DNA of 64,000 nucleotides from Octopus sinensis (lineage: Eukaryota). Below, piece after piece: positions 25,501 through 38,619 of the stretch. The position numbers and the translations under genes were made by a program. The notes under the pieces were generated by a model, which saw only the letters and a program-made list of their open reading frames with translations, was not told where the DNA came from and did no database searches. The DNA lies in contig NW_021824836.1 of NCBI RefSeq assembly GCF_006345805.1, positions 4,188 through 68,187 on the forward strand, written 5' to 3'. Positions within the stretch are counted from its first letter, which is position 1. Each line of letters starts with the position of its first letter.

Positions 25501-26821
25501 TCATCATCATCATCATTGTTCGACCGTGGTCGAGACAATGGAATTTACCATGTTGCGCCAGACTTCACGGTCCATCATAGCATTTCGGAGGTCCTGTTGC
25601 TGGATGCCTGTATCCCTGGAGATTACATCAGGGTAGGAGAGTGTGCGCCCTCTGGTGTTGCGAGTAGATGGCTTCCAGAGGAGAAGAGTAGAAATTACTT
25701 CTTTTTCAGCTCTACAACAATGTCCAGCAAACTGGACTCTCCTACCTTTCACAAGAGATGACACAGGTGGTAATTTCCATATATTTGCATTTTAGTTGGA
25801 TGGCGCCTCCACGAGAGATTTTGAGCTCATAAGGAGGCGAGTGTAGGTTCCATCCAACCGCCTCTCAAGCTTCTTTGATAACGTCCAGGTTTCTGAGCCA
25901 TATAGTAGGATTGGTTCGACTGTGGCTTTGAATATTTCAAGTTTGAAGTCTCTACTTAGATTGATGACCAGATCTTATGCATGTCATACAGGCTGACCAG
26001 GCCATACCCTTTCTAGTTAGAAAGTCTTTTCCAGATGATGATATGTATGACCCAAGATATTTATAATCAGAAACCATATTTAAGGGCGTGTTGTGAGAGT
26101 ATGGATGATGCAATCACTGTTGGACAGGCACTTGTTTATGTATTCAGTTTTGGCCTCATTGAGGTAAAGACCTACACAATTGAGGCTTGTTCAAGAGATT
26201 GTAAAAGAGACTGGGCATTGAAGAGAGAATCACTGATAAGAGCGATGTCGTCAGCAGTCAAAGTCAGTGTCTGTCAAGTACTCAGCTGGGTGTCTGGAAC
26301 TTCTTCTTGGTTTTATTTCAAAGCCCTTGCCAGAGATGGTATCAACTGACATACGTAGCACATAATCAACAACAATGATGAAAAGAAATGGGGCGAGTGT
26401 GTCTCCCTGCAGTATTCCGGCCTCGATCGAGAAAGATGATGTTTCTCCATCAGGGGTTAAGATGGTTGAAGACGTATCTGTGTAGAGGACCTTGATGGCA
26501 GAAATAATTTGTCTGGTATCCCATAGAGCTTAAGGATTTCAAACATCTTGTACCTATCTACAGAATCGAACGCTTTAGAAAAGTCTACAAATACCATTGC
26601 AAGATCGCGATTAAATGCTTTTGATTCTTCAATAAGTCTGCGCAGGCATAGTATCAGGCTCAGCGTTGAGCGCCCATGTCTGAATCCATTTTGGTTTGGT
26701 TCTTTCGGAGCAAAGGTTCAACAAAAAGGACAAGACGATTTGGGATCAGTTTGTTTTCCAGTTTTGCAGCAATTGACATTAGAGATATGCCCCTGTAGTT
26801 GGTGACGAGGGACAAATCGCC
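25501..26821 (-). pseudogene. 5'-truncated RTE-clade LINE (RT domain plus C-terminus), decayed
   Basis: NYRGISLMSIAAK, FVDFSKAFDSVD, GILQGDTLAPFLF, ADDIAL and RRVQFAGHC...DREVWR; (GAT)n tail at 25501-25515. Confidence 0.92.
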
Positions 26822-26874
26822 ATACATACACACACACATACATACATACATACATACATACATACATACATACA

Positions 26875-26905
<31 letters not shown>

Positions 26906-26951
26906 GTACATACATACATACATATATACATATGTACATACATATGTGTAA

Positions 26952-27180
26952 GGCGCCGAGCTGGCAGAATCGTTAGCACGCCGGGCGAAGTGCTTCGCGG
27001 TATTTCGCCCGTCGCTACGTTCTGAGTTCAAATTCCGCCGAGGTCGACTTTGCCTTTCATCCTTTCGGGGTCGATAAATTAAGTACCAGTTACGCACTGG
27101 GGCCGATGTAATCGACTTAATCCGTTTGTCTGTCCTTGTTTGCCCCCTCTATGTTTAGCCCCTTGTGGGTAGTAAAGAAA
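26952..27180 (+). mobile_element. Family-B SINE monomer
   Basis: Full consensus from the head to gtaaagaaa. Confidence 0.92.
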
Positions 27181-27420
27181 GACATATGTACATTGACTTA
27201 TTACATTGGCACAAAAGGACAATATAAGAATTATTGTCGATCAAACTGATTCAAAATATCTTCTGAGACTGTTTTTGTTCGAATGTGATCTCAAATGGTC
27301 TTATGTAAAAGCCAAATGTTTCCTCCCTTTTTAAGGTCTTTATCAACATATTTGATGATGGTAAAAGTTCCTTAGTTCAAACATCACGAGGAAGAGAGGC
27401 ACTCCCTCAAGTTGCTATAT

Positions 27421-27799
27421 AAACTCGTCTTTGACGCTGTAGCACATTTCTTTCTACCTGCATCAAGTATTTTAAAAGTGAGACCTAGACCGCGCAATCC
27501 GATTCGCTCTTTAAGCTTGGAGGTCTGCCCTTATTGGCTCAGTGGGCAGAGATAGCTGCAGTGACCAGCAAGCAATAGGTTTTACATCGGAGTGGCCTTC
27601 TCCTTGATGAATTGTTTTACAGAGCTGGACAGCTCCACCTACCCTGGAGTTGCCGGAAGGATGTCAAAGAGGGCACCAGATTTGCTGTGGAGACTGATTC
27701 CCCTAGCCTCTTCTTTCCTAAGACACTCACAAGGCAGCGAAGCTTTGTGCTTAGAATGCTAATCAACCCATAGCTGGGGACCCTGACTAATCAAGTAGT
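27421..27799 (+). mobile_element. Unclassified young LINE-like 3' end (possible ORF end at ~27578, then 3' UTR)
   Basis: 27584-27799 is ~97% identical (7 differences by eye) to the reverse complement of 59184-59398. The two share a 3' end but differ in 5' extent. The 5' boundary and clade are uncertain. Confidence 0.55.
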
Positions 27800-28141
27800 A
27801 AAAAGATAAAGACCCCTTCAGTCATGATTGACCGTGGGGTTGCACCTTCAAAGTTCCCTTCCAAAACACAAGTCCGGGCAAAGTTGTTTATGAAAGACTA
27901 GCAGTCACCCATGCATACCAGCCTCTCCTCTCCATACCACCGATGTTATCTAAAGGAAAGGCAAACCCCGATACAGCTTGACGCCAGCGACGTCGCTACT
28001 CATTTCTACAGCTGAGTGAACGGGAACAACGTGAAATAAAGTGTCTTGCTCAAGAACACAACACACGGCTTGGTCCGGGAATTGAACTCACTAACATATG
28101 CTTGTAATCCCGACTGTCTAACCACTGATCCATGCGCCTTC
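27800..28141 (-). mobile_element. Family-D tRNA-derived SINE (CORE-like box), full length
   Basis: Reverse complement reads gaaggcgcatgg...gttgtgttcttgagcaagacact...atgactgaaggggtcttta; homologous to 58852-59183. Confidence 0.88.
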
Positions 28142-28410
28142 AGGTATGTGTAATTGATTAAATCCCTCTCTTCAGAATTACTGACGTTGTGCCTAAATTA
28201 CAAATAATATTTAAGTACGGTGAACTTTCAGAATCGGTAGATCATCAGATAGGATGGCTTGTGTATTTATTCTGGCTCTTTGTATTCTTCCAAATAATCC
28301 TTTCTACTATAGGCACAAGTAGCGCTGGATTAACCATTGGGCAAAATAAGCACGTGCTTAGGGCATCAAGGAAAGCGGTGTAGGTACTACAGAAATGGTG
28401 AATGGCTTAC

Positions 28411-28840
28411 AAACTGCCGGTTTGACCGGCAGTTTTTTCTAGCGGTGTCATATGAAATTGTCACCCATAATTATGACCCTAGTATTGATCTATTGCATTT
28501 CAATCTGTTTTAGGGTTAGGGTTAGGGTTAGGGGTGGAGTGAAAGGTATCTTTTTTTCTTCAGAAATGTAAATAAACTTAATCTGTTTCTTAAACGAGGG
28601 ACATATTCATACAGCACAGGATGTTTTTTTTTACCTCAATAGACGTCATTGGTTGGTTGAAATTGCAGAAATTGAAGAAAAAAAACAACAACAAATATCT
28701 TACAAACTATAGAATTTTGTCAATAAATCCAAGAGAAAAATATATTTTATAAACACATCCTACCAGTATACGAAGTTTAAAAGTGTTTAGTTACGTGGAA
28801 ATTATTTTTAAAAACTGCCGTTCAAACCGAAAAGATCCTA
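28411..28840. mobile_element. MITE-like element with an internal (TTAGGG)3 tract
   Basis: Inverted ends cggtttgaccggcagttttt / aaaaactgccgttcaaaccg; ttagggttagggttaggg at about 28509-28532. Confidence 0.6.
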
Positions 28841-29439
28841 CAGCACAAATAAAAAATAAATAAATCACATGAAACTTGTTTAATTACCAAAACCCTATTC
28901 GTCTTCCGCCATCTTTCACTTACATAAATGGCAGAGTAACTCTATAAAAAACCTGAAAATAGCAACAAAACCAGACATTTGTTGTATCGCGTAAACATTT
29001 TCAGAAGTGGTCGCTGGTGGTCAGGTGAAGTTTGGGAGAGGCTGAAGGGAAACAAAAATGAATCCTCATCAAATATGTATCAATGGTTTCATCCTGGGAC
29101 TCTTGCACGTGCGTACGCTACAGGGTCTTTCCGCTGACACATTTCTTGTGTCATTTTGTCCGGCTAACAATTAACATATACAGAAGCACATACATTTATA
29201 AACACACATACACACTTCAGTACACACGCACGCGCACACACACATTACACGCACACGCACTCACGCACACACACACACACACACTCCATATCAATATCTT
29301 ATGAATTTTTAAAACGAAACGTGTGCTCGAATCACATAATAGTGTAGATGATGAGCGGAGATTTATGATAACACTATTGATTTGCAACATAGTCACAATG
29401 CCTCGAATTTCTGGAAGGAGGAATAGTTGTATATATCGA

Positions 29440-29950
29440 TCATAATTGCTTGCCAGGTACGGTTCCTCATCAATCTAGGAAATATGAAAGATAAAGCTGA
29501 CCTCGGTGGATTTGAACTCAGAACGTAGACAGACAGAACTAAATACTGCTTTGTCGATTCTGATAAGAATTTCTGATATAGGCACAAAGTCACAAAATGT
29601 TGAGATGGGATATTGTTTTTTAGATAGATCCCAGAAGATTGAGAGGTAAAGTCAATCTTGGTAGGATTGAACTCAGAACGTAAGATATAACCATAAAACA
29701 TTTGTCCAATTCTCCCGATTCCGGAAACCTACCCGTCTCCAAAGCTAATGATAAGGATTTCTGATCTAGGAACATTTCTGAGGGGAAGAAATTAATCGAT
29801 TACACCGACCCCAGTACTAATCTGATATACAATTTGATCAACCCAGAGGGATGAAAGGTGGGGTTGATATCAGCTGGATTTGAACTAAGAACCTAAAGAG
29901 CCGTAACAAATATCATACGGTATTTTTTCCAACGCTCTTACACTTCTTCC
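29440..29950 (-). mobile_element. Cluster of old, degenerate family-B SINE fragments
   Basis: Repeated gatttgaactcagaacgta motifs and acccc...gtact boxes. Confidence 0.65.
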
Positions 29951-30073
29951 AGCTTGTTGCCTTTCAGAGCTAATAATAAAATTTAAGGTTCCAAATATGT
30001 AAAACAAAATGTATAATACAAAGAGAGCAAAAACTTTTCCCAATATATTTAAACAGGTTCAAAATTCAATATA

Positions 30074-30670
30074 TATCTCTTTACTGCCCACAAGGGGCTA
30101 AACATAGACATAGAGGGGACAAAAAAGGACAGACAAACGGATTAAGTCGATTACATCGACCTCAGTGCGAAACTGGTACTTTATTTATCGACACCAAAAG
30201 GATGAATGGCAAAGTCAACCTCGGCGTAATTTGAACTCAGAACGTAACGGCAGACGAAATACCTATCTCTTTACTACCCACAAGGGGCTAAACACAGAGA
30301 GGACAAACCAGACAGACAAACGGATTAAGTCGATTATATCGACCCCGTGCGTAACTGGTACTTATTTATCGACCCGAAAGGATAAAGGCAAAGTCAACCT
30401 CGGCGGAATTTGAACTCAGAACGTAACGGTAGACGAAATACCTATTTCTTTACTGCCCACAAGGGGCTAAACACAGAGGGGACAAACAAGGACAGACATA
30501 GGTATTAAGTCGATTACATCGACCTCAGTGCGAAACTGGTACTTAATTTATCGACACCAAAAGGATGAATGGCAAAGTCAACCTCGGCGGAATTTGAACT
30601 CAGAACGTAACGGCAGACGAAATACCGCTAAGCATTTCGCCCGGCGTGCTAACGTTTCTGCCAGCTCGCC
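30074..30670 (-). mobile_element. Family-B SINE trimer
   Basis: Three body units and one head. 23-bp TSD aaacaggttcaaaattcaatata at 30051-30073 and 30678-30700. Confidence 0.93.
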
Positions 30671-30862
30671 ATCTTTCAAACAGGTTCAAAATTCAATATA
30701 CAAAACAAATGGTTCCCTAACTCACTAAATGCAAAGTTGCTGCGTAGGTAAGATTACAGCAGCCCACATCTCTGATCAGTTTCCGTTCCATTCACTTTCT
30801 ATAACTGGGTCCTCCGAAACTGCTCGTCTACATCTAATTTTAACTGAACTATCGCACTTCAG

Positions 30863-30962
30863 CCGTGCAGTATATCAGGGTACCCCACATTATTTCTGAC
30901 CAAATTGATGCGGAGTTTCAATTACGAAGCAAAGCTGGCCTAACCATTAAATTTCAACTACG
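30863..30962 (+). CDS. Candidate internal coding exon (AVQYIRVPHIISDQIDAEFQLRSKAGLTIKFQLR)
   Basis: cacttcag| acceptor and |gtatgt donor; 100 nt, phase 1 to 2, with the only open frame spanning the exon. No homology recognised. Confidence 0.3.
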
Positions 30963-31029
30963 GTATGTAAAAGCTCCTTAGTACACATATAAATCTCAGC
31001 TCATCCTAGACATTACTATCCATAGCAAA

Positions 31030-31247
31030 AGGCGGTGTGGTGGCCGATCGTTAGCACGCTGGACAAAATACTTAGCGGCATTTCGTCCAACTTCATGTTC
31101 TGAATTCAGATACCGCCGAGGTCGACTTTGTCTCTCATCTTTTTCAGGTCGATGAATTAAGTACCAGTTACGCACTGGGGTCGACATAATCGAGTCGTCC
31201 TTCGCCCAAAATTTCAAGCCTTGTGCTTATTATAGAAAGGATTATTA
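31030..31247 (+). mobile_element. Family-B SINE, alternative-tail (B2) monomer
   Basis: Tail ccttgtgcttattatagaaaggatt; approximate TSD atta(c/t)tatccata(g/a)caaa. Confidence 0.8.
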
Positions 31248-31258
31248 TCCATAACAAA

Positions 31259-31858
31259 GGCGGCGAGCTGGCAGAAACGTTAGCACGCCGAGCGAAATGC
31301 TTAGCGGTATTTCGTCTGCCGTTACGTACTGAGTTCAAATTCCACCGAGGTCGACTTTGCCTTTCATCCTTTCGGGGTCGATTAAATTAAGTACCAGTTA
31401 CGCACTGGGGTCGATGTAATCGACTTAATACCTATGTCTGTCCTTGTTTGTCCCCTCTGTGTTTAGCCCCTTGTGGGTAATAAAGAAATAGGTATTTCGT
31501 CTGCCGTTACGTACTGAGTTCAAATTCCACCGAGGTCGACTTTGCCTTTCATCCTTTCGGGGTCGATTAAATTAAGTACCAGTTACGCAATGGGGTCGAT
31601 GTAATCAACTTAATCCGTTTGTCTGTCCTTGTTTGTCCTCTCTATCCTTAGCTCCTTGTGGGTCGTAAAGAAATAGGTATTTCGTCTGCCATTACGTTGT
31701 GAGTTCAAATTCCGCCGAGGTCGACTTTACCTTTCATCCTTTCGGGGTCGATAAATAAAGTACCAGTTACGCACTGGGGTCGATGTAACCGACTTAATCC
31801 CTTTGTCTGTCCTTGTTTGTCCCCTCTATGTTTAGCCCCTTGTGGGCAGTAAATAAAT
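31259..31858 (+). mobile_element. Family-B SINE trimer
   Basis: One head, three body units and the same aaagaaata|ggtatttc junction. No clear TSD found. Confidence 0.92.
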
Positions 31859-32076
31859 AAGAATCATTAATGCGTCGGACAAAAGGCTTAGTGGCAATTC
31901 TTTCCGGCTTATTATGTTCTTTGCTCAAATCTTGCCAAGATCAACCAAGTTTCATCCTTTCGGGGTGGGTAAAAATTAAAAATACCAGTTGAGAACTGGA
32001 GTTCATGTAATCGGCTATCCTTCTCCCACGAAATTTCAGGCCTTATGTTTATAGGAGAAATAATTATTCTCCATGA

Positions 32077-32403
32077 TTTCGATTCCCAGACCGGGCGTTG
32101 TGAGTGTTTATTGAGCGAAAACACCTAAAGCTCAACGAGGCTCCAGCAGGGGATGGTGATGATCCCTGCTGTACTCTTTCACCACAACTTTCTCTCACTC
32201 TTACTTCCTGTTTCTGTTGTACCTGTATTTCAAGGGGCCGGCCTTGTCACTCTCTGTGTCACGCTGAATATCCCCGAGAACTACGTTAAGGGTGCACGTG
32301 TCTGTGGAGTGCTCAGCCACTTACACGTTAATTTCACGAGCAGACTGTTCCGTTGATTCGGATCAACCGGAACCCTCGTCGTCGTAACCGACGGAGTTCT
32401 TCC
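32077..32403 (+). mobile_element. Family-A SINE, 5'-truncated
   Basis: Starts at the B box tttcgattccc; full A tail. Confidence 0.9.
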
Positions 32404-32945
32404 ACATTATCCATGACAAAAATGACAATAGTGTGTTAATTATCGACATAACAATACCAAATTATTATAATGTTGCGCATTAGTGAGCTGAAAACCTAAG
32501 AAATTACACCGCCCTAGTAGTTGACTTAAAAACACTATGGCAATTAAGGATTGTATCAATTATCCCATTTGTAACTGACACAGTTGAAGTGATCTATATA
32601 CAACTATTCCTTTAGGACATTGACAGGTTATCGAAGGAAAAACATAGGAAGGTTCCATTTGGTTCAGGCATGGCTGTGTGGTTAACAAGCACCCTTTGCA
32701 ATCACAAGGTTTCGGGTTCAGTTCCACAATGCGGTACCTTGTGGAGGTGTCTTATACTAGTAGACCCAAGCAGACCAATGCCTTGTGAGCGAATTTGTGA
32801 GACGGAAACTGTTACGAAGCATGTCGTACATATATATATATATATATATAAGTTCAGCAAAAATTTAGATTCAAATGAATATGGTACTTAATTTAGATGC
32901 ACCAGAATTCTGTATGGTGTTATCCATAAAAATCCATGGGGTGAT

Positions 32946-33147
32946 TATAATCAAAATATGCAACAAGAATGACTCCGGTAATTTGTTACGATCGTTTCGT
33001 ACTACATCATTTTATTACAGCCAATTGGCTGATGAGTACTCAGCATCTTAAATCTGTTGTAATACTTACAACATTTAATAAAATGATGTCGTACGAAACG
33101 ATCGTACCAAATTACCGGAGTCATTCTTGTTGCTTATTTTGATTATA
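32946..33147. mobile_element. MITE (~200 bp, ~72-bp TIRs, TA-flanked)
   Basis: tataatcaaaatatgcaacaagaatgactccggtaatttg... is inverted as ...caaattaccggagtcattcttgttgcttattttgattata. Confidence 0.85.
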
Positions 33148-33161
33148 TATATATATATATA

Positions 33162-33549
33162 GGCGCTGGAGTGGCTGTGTGGTAAGTAGCTTGCTAACCA
33201 ACCACATGGTTCCGGGTTCAGTCCCACTACGTAGCATCTTGGGCAAGTGTCTTCTGCTATAGCCCCGGGCCGACCAATGCCTTGTGAGTGGATTTGGTAG
33301 ACGGAAACTGAAAGAAGCCCAATTTATATATGTATATATATTTATGTGTGTGTGTATGTGTTTGTGTGTCTGTGTTTGTCCCCCTAGGATTGCTTGACAA
33401 CCGATGCTGGTGTGTTTACGTCCCCGACAAAAGAGACCGATAGAACAAGTACTGGGCTTACAAAGAATAAGTCCTGGGGTCGATTTGCTCGACTAAAGGC
33501 GGTGCTCCAGCATGGCCGCAGTCAAATGACTGAAACAAGTAAAAGGGAG
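33162..33549 (+). mobile_element. Family-C SINE
   Basis: Full consensus. A further C head fragment lies at 32668-32830. Confidence 0.92.
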
Positions 33550-33585
33550 AAAAAGATATATATATATATATATTATATATATATA

Positions 33586-33623
<38 letters not shown>

Positions 33624-33664
33624 ATAATAAATATTAGGGAATATATCTTATCCAGGACTTCATC

Positions 33665-33905
33665 GCTTCTAAACGAAGAACTCCTCCCTGGATCCTTTCA
33701 ATTCACGTTGTCTATCTCTGGCCAGTCGTGGCCATGTAGGACCCAAGTAGTAGGTGAGATCATCTCACCATCTTGTCTCTGGTCTGCTTCCTTATCTTGT
33801 CCACTGTCTTGGTGCCCATTCCATCACTCTGATTGTTTATCTGTTGTCCTTCAGTCGCGCAGTGTGGATTGCACATTCATATTTGTTCTTCTTGATGGTT
33901 GACGG
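33665..33905 (-). pseudogene. RTE LINE C-terminal fragment
   Basis: HTARLKDNR*TIRVMEWAPR...RPETRW*DDL...WPRLARDR, the typical RTE C-terminus. Confidence 0.8.
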
Positions 33906-34192
33906 AGAGCAACCATGCCACACACACACACACACACACACACCTATATATATATAATATATATATATAATATAATATATATATATATATATATACGTAT
34001 ATATGTATTATGTATATATATGTATATATATATATATATATATCTAATAATATATACATATATATATATATATAATACACAATATAATATATATATATAT
34101 ATATAATATCTGTCCTTATATATATATATATTATATAAATATATTATACATATATATATATACATATATATAATATCTATTATATATATATC

Positions 34193-34278
<86 letters not shown>

Positions 34279-34699
34279 TATATATATGTATAAAAAATAT
34301 ATATAAAAATACACAATGGGACAAGAACGCAAAACATTCAAAAGATGACACAAAAAATGGACGGGTCATTCAAAGCCTCTAATCTTCAGTCAAGAACCGG
34401 ATCATCCTCGCAATTTCGGATATATATACACACATGTCTATTGATACAAATATAAAGACATATTTACTCACGTGTACATTTACACACGCACGCACGCACG
34501 CACACATGCATATATATTGATCATACAAAAACAGACACCTGCTTTCACACACACGCACGCGCTCAAAACTCACCTACTCTTACATACATACCCTACATAA
34601 TAGGAAACGTTACATATGGGTTTTTAAAATGAAATGTCTACTCTTATCGACTCGAAGTATAGACTGATGGTTCAGTAAATATGCTGGGATAACGATTAC

Positions 34700-36206
34700 A
34701 TTAATAACGATGACAACCACCCAACACGATGATGATGACGACGACATTGACGACAGTGACAACAACTACGATGGCGGTGGTGGTGGTGGCGGTGGCGGCG
34801 GCGGCGGTGGTGGTGGTGTCGGCGGCGGCGGCGGTGGTGGTGGTGGTGGTTTTGGTGGTGATGGTGGTGGTGGTGGTGGTGGTGTGGTAGTGTCGGCGGC
34901 GGCGGTGGTGGTGGTAGTGGTGGTGGTGGTGGTGTCGGCGGCGGTGGTGGTGTCGGCGGTGGTGGTGGTGGTGGTGGCGGTGGTGGTTTTGGTGGTGATG
35001 GTGGTGGTGGTGGTGGTGGTAGTGTCGGCGGCGGCGGTGGTGGTGGTGGTGGTGGTAGTGGTGGGGTGGTGGTGGTCGGCGGCGGTGGGGGGTGGTCGGC
35101 GGCGGTGGTGGTGTCTGGCGGCGGTGGTGGTGGTGGTGGTGGTGGTGGTGGTGGTGGTGGTGTCGGCTGCGGCGATGGTGGCGGTGGTGGTGGCGGTGGT
35201 GGTGGTGGTGGTGGTGGTGGTGGTAGTGTCGGCGGCGGCGGTGGTGGTGTCGGCGGCGGCGGTGGTGGTGTCGGCGGCGGTGGTGGTGTCGGCGGTGGTG
35301 GTGGTGGTGGTGGTGGTGGTGTCGGGCTGCGGCGATGGTGGCGGTGGTGGTGGCGGTGGTGGTGGTGGTGGTGGGGTGGTGGTGGTGGTGGTGGTGGTGG
35401 TAATGATGATGAGAGTGATCATGGCGCGGTAGTGGTATTCATGATGATAATGATGATGATGATGAGAATAAGAACAGCTGCGACAGTAGCAACAGCAACA
35501 ACAATAACACCAACATCCATGCTGTAGCAATATTACACGACAATCACTGGCAGCGTCTCAGTTAATGATGCACCTAATGCAATACTGCAATGGTGTACGG
35601 TGAGACAATGACGACGATGATGATGATGATGATGATGATGACGAGGAGGAGGATGAGGAGGATGAGGAAAAATAAGAGAAGGATATAGATAAGGATTCTG
35701 GTATTGATGATGATGGTGGTGGTGGTGGTGGTGGTGGTGGTGGTTGGTGCTGTTGGTGGTGGTGGTGGTGGTGATGATGCTGAGGAGGAGGAGGAGAGGA
35801 AGAGGAGGAGGAGGAGAGGAAGAGGAGGAGGAGGAGAGGAAGAGGAGGAGGAGGAGAGGAAGAGGAGGAGGAGGAGGAAAAGATGATAATATGATGATAT
35901 GATGGTGATCAGGAGGAGGAGGAGGAGGAGGAAAAGGAGGTGGAAGCGGAGGAGGAGAAAAAGGAAGAAGAAGAGAGGCGGAAGAGGAAAAGGAGGAGGA
36001 AGAGGTGGAGGAGGAGGAGGAAGATGGTGTTGACGACGACGGTGATTACATATCTGTCTGTGGCAAAGATGATCACAACGACGACGACGACGACGATAAT
36101 GATGATATTGATGGAGTGGTGGTGGTGTGGTGGTGGTGGTGGTGGCAGACGGCGATTATTAAATGATCGTAGTAATAAAGGAGGTGATAATGATGATGAT
36201 GACGAC

Positions 36207-36265
<59 letters not shown>

Positions 36266-36266
36266 C

Positions 36267-36306
<40 letters not shown>

Positions 36307-36310
36307 TCGT
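34700..36310. repeat. Compound trinucleotide microsatellite field (GGT/GGC, GAT, GAG/GGA)
   Basis: Direct reading; gives the poly-G/V/P/T/D pseudo-ORFs. Confidence 0.95.
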
Positions 36311-36632
36311 CGACGACGACACAGTTGATGGTACAGTTCTTTATTATTTGCCAGTCAACAAGAAAATTACATCACTAAAGCTTATGAGAAGAATTAGTAG
36401 TTATTAAGAGGGTAACTTTTTTTTTCCTTTTACCATATCAATTTTATCTTTAAGAGATGGAAGAATATTCAATAATTACATCAGATACACTTCGCCTCGC
36501 TTTGTTTCATCCCCGATCATCATCAATGTTTTTTTTAATCCTAGTTTACTACATGTTTCTCTGAGTTTAGAAACAAGAAACTTGTTCAGTCCGGGTCTCT
36601 TCTACAACTGCACACACTCAGACAGACAGAAA

Positions 36633-36719
<87 letters not shown>

Positions 36720-36787
36720 GAATTGTGCACCTGGTGACAACCAGAGATATTGAAACCGATCGTAACATGTTATAATAGATGTAAAAA

Positions 36788-36957
36788 ATTCTGTTGTGTC
36801 TGGGGAGAGTCATTTTCTTTTTGTGCCTTATAATGTAACACACTCACCGGTAAAATTTCCACTTTTTTCTTATCGTTATTGTCCTAAAATTTTACCGGTG
36901 AGTGTGTTACATTATAAGGCACAAAAAGAAAATGACTCTCCCCAGACACAACAGAAT
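36788..36957. mobile_element. MITE-like perfect palindrome (71-bp arms, 28-bp spacer)
   Basis: Arms 36788-36858 and 36887-36957 are exact reverse complements by eye. Confidence 0.85.
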
Positions 36958-37394
36958 ATGCTTCAACACACGAACTCATATAAAGAATCTTGCAAACCAA
37001 ATCCAAAAACGAGATGTAAAAAAAAGATGAGTTTAATAGTCTGACGATTTAAAATATTTTTGTGCACGATATAACTAGAATAATACGTTAGAAAACAATA
37101 CATGTATACTTACATTCATTCATACATATATAATACTTGCATACGTACATATAGACATCGTGTCTGTGAACTCGTAGACAACTATGCCAATCGATGAATG
37201 ACAAGTTATCTTGTCCTAGATGTTACAGACAATTATTGTCAGCAATGTCTGTGCTGAAATTTGAAGTCAATAACATCTTACAAAACACTGCTAAGACTTT
37301 CGTCTACAAAGCTAAGAAGTCTAGAAACAAGTTAGAACAAGATCTCCGGCTTTGCAATAATGTGGATGTTATTTCGTTATTTCCTTTTCCTAGA

Positions 37395-37719
37395 TAACGA
37401 TAAACGTCGCCCTTTTCAAGCCAAGACAGGCTCATGGGCCCGGTTTCCCGGTTTCCCGGTTTCTGTGGCGTATGTGTTCCGCCCAGCTGGACGGGACGCC
37501 AGTCCATCGCAGCGTTACTCAAGAAACAGCAAGAGAGAGTGAGAGAAAGTTGTGGTGAAAGAGTACAACAGGGGTCGCCACCACCACCCCCTGCCGGAGC
37601 CTCGTGGAGCTTTTAGGTGTTTTCGCTCAACAAACACACACAACGCCCGGTATGGGAATCGAAACCGCGATCCTCCGACCGCAAGTCCGCTGCCCTAACC
37701 TCTGGACCATTGCGCCTCC
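37395..37719 (-). mobile_element. SINE with a family-A head and a V-domain-like 3' half
   Basis: Family-A head and first body segment, then gctgcgatggactggcgtcccgtccag (V-SINE-domain-like) instead of the A tail. Confidence 0.75.
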
Positions 37720-38129
37720 ACCCTATTCCTAGAGAGATGACTAAACAGATACGAGGAGTCTCTCACTCCCCGTTGTTGGATGGCCGTCAACTGTACTGTT
37801 TAACAGGTTTCGTTTTTCGTCCTGTAGGACAGTACTTTTCAAACTATCTGATGTGGCATACCGGCAGCTTTTTCCAATGTGCCAGGGACCGGTAATATTT
37901 CTTAGTAATATTGATTTATATCGGAAACAATATATATAATGAATATAATAAAAGTTGACAATTTTTTAATTTTATAATTTATTTTGTAAACAAATAATAC
38001 AATATTACATAAGCATTTTATAAGCATTTCATAATGTATCTTTCTTTCCTGGAAACTCGCCGCGTAACGGCAACTGATGGCTCGTGGTCCGGCACCAGTC
38101 GGCGGACCACAACTTTGAATAGCACAGCT

Positions 38130-38235
38130 CTAGAGTGTCCAACGAAAACAACTCTCCTTACCAAATAAGCTTGTGGGGTTGCCGGTTTAGTGGCCGACGG
38201 TCCGACCATGCAACATGCTGTCCTGGGTTGCATGT
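38130..38235 (-). mobile_element. LINE 5'-UTR-like repeat, copy 1
   Basis: Shares gggttgccrgtttag..gccgacg..ccgaccatgcaaca with the copies at ~39400 and ~41650. Confidence 0.6.
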
Positions 38236-38381
38236 TATCAATAGCATAAGAGTGACTTGATATAACCTGATGATTGCCTCATCTTGTCAGATGATAGCCG
38301 TCACACATTCACCCTGACTGTTTCGTAAAATACTAAACGGATCAGGAAATAAAATGATTGTGAAACAGCTGTACGTCACTG

Positions 38382-38619
38382 GATTTAAGTGACAAAAGAT
38401 TTAAGTGACAAAAGATTCAAGTGACAAAAGATTTAAGTGACAAAAGATTTAAGTGACAAAAGATTTAAGTGACAAAAGATTCAAGTGACAAAAGATTTAA
38501 GTGACAAAAGATTCAAGTGACAAAAGATTTAAGTGACAAAAGATTCAAGTGACAAAAGATTAAGTGACAAAAGATTTAAGTGACAAAAGATTCAAGTGAC
38601 AAAAGATTTAAGTGACAAA
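38382..38619 (+). repeat. 16-bp minisatellite, 15 copies (gatt[t/c]aagtgacaaaa)
   Basis: Counted directly; one copy has a 1-bp deletion. Confidence 0.97.

Noticed and set aside
28509-28532. True telomere or chromosome fusion site
   Set aside because: Only about 3 TTAGGG units, lying inside a TIR-bounded element.
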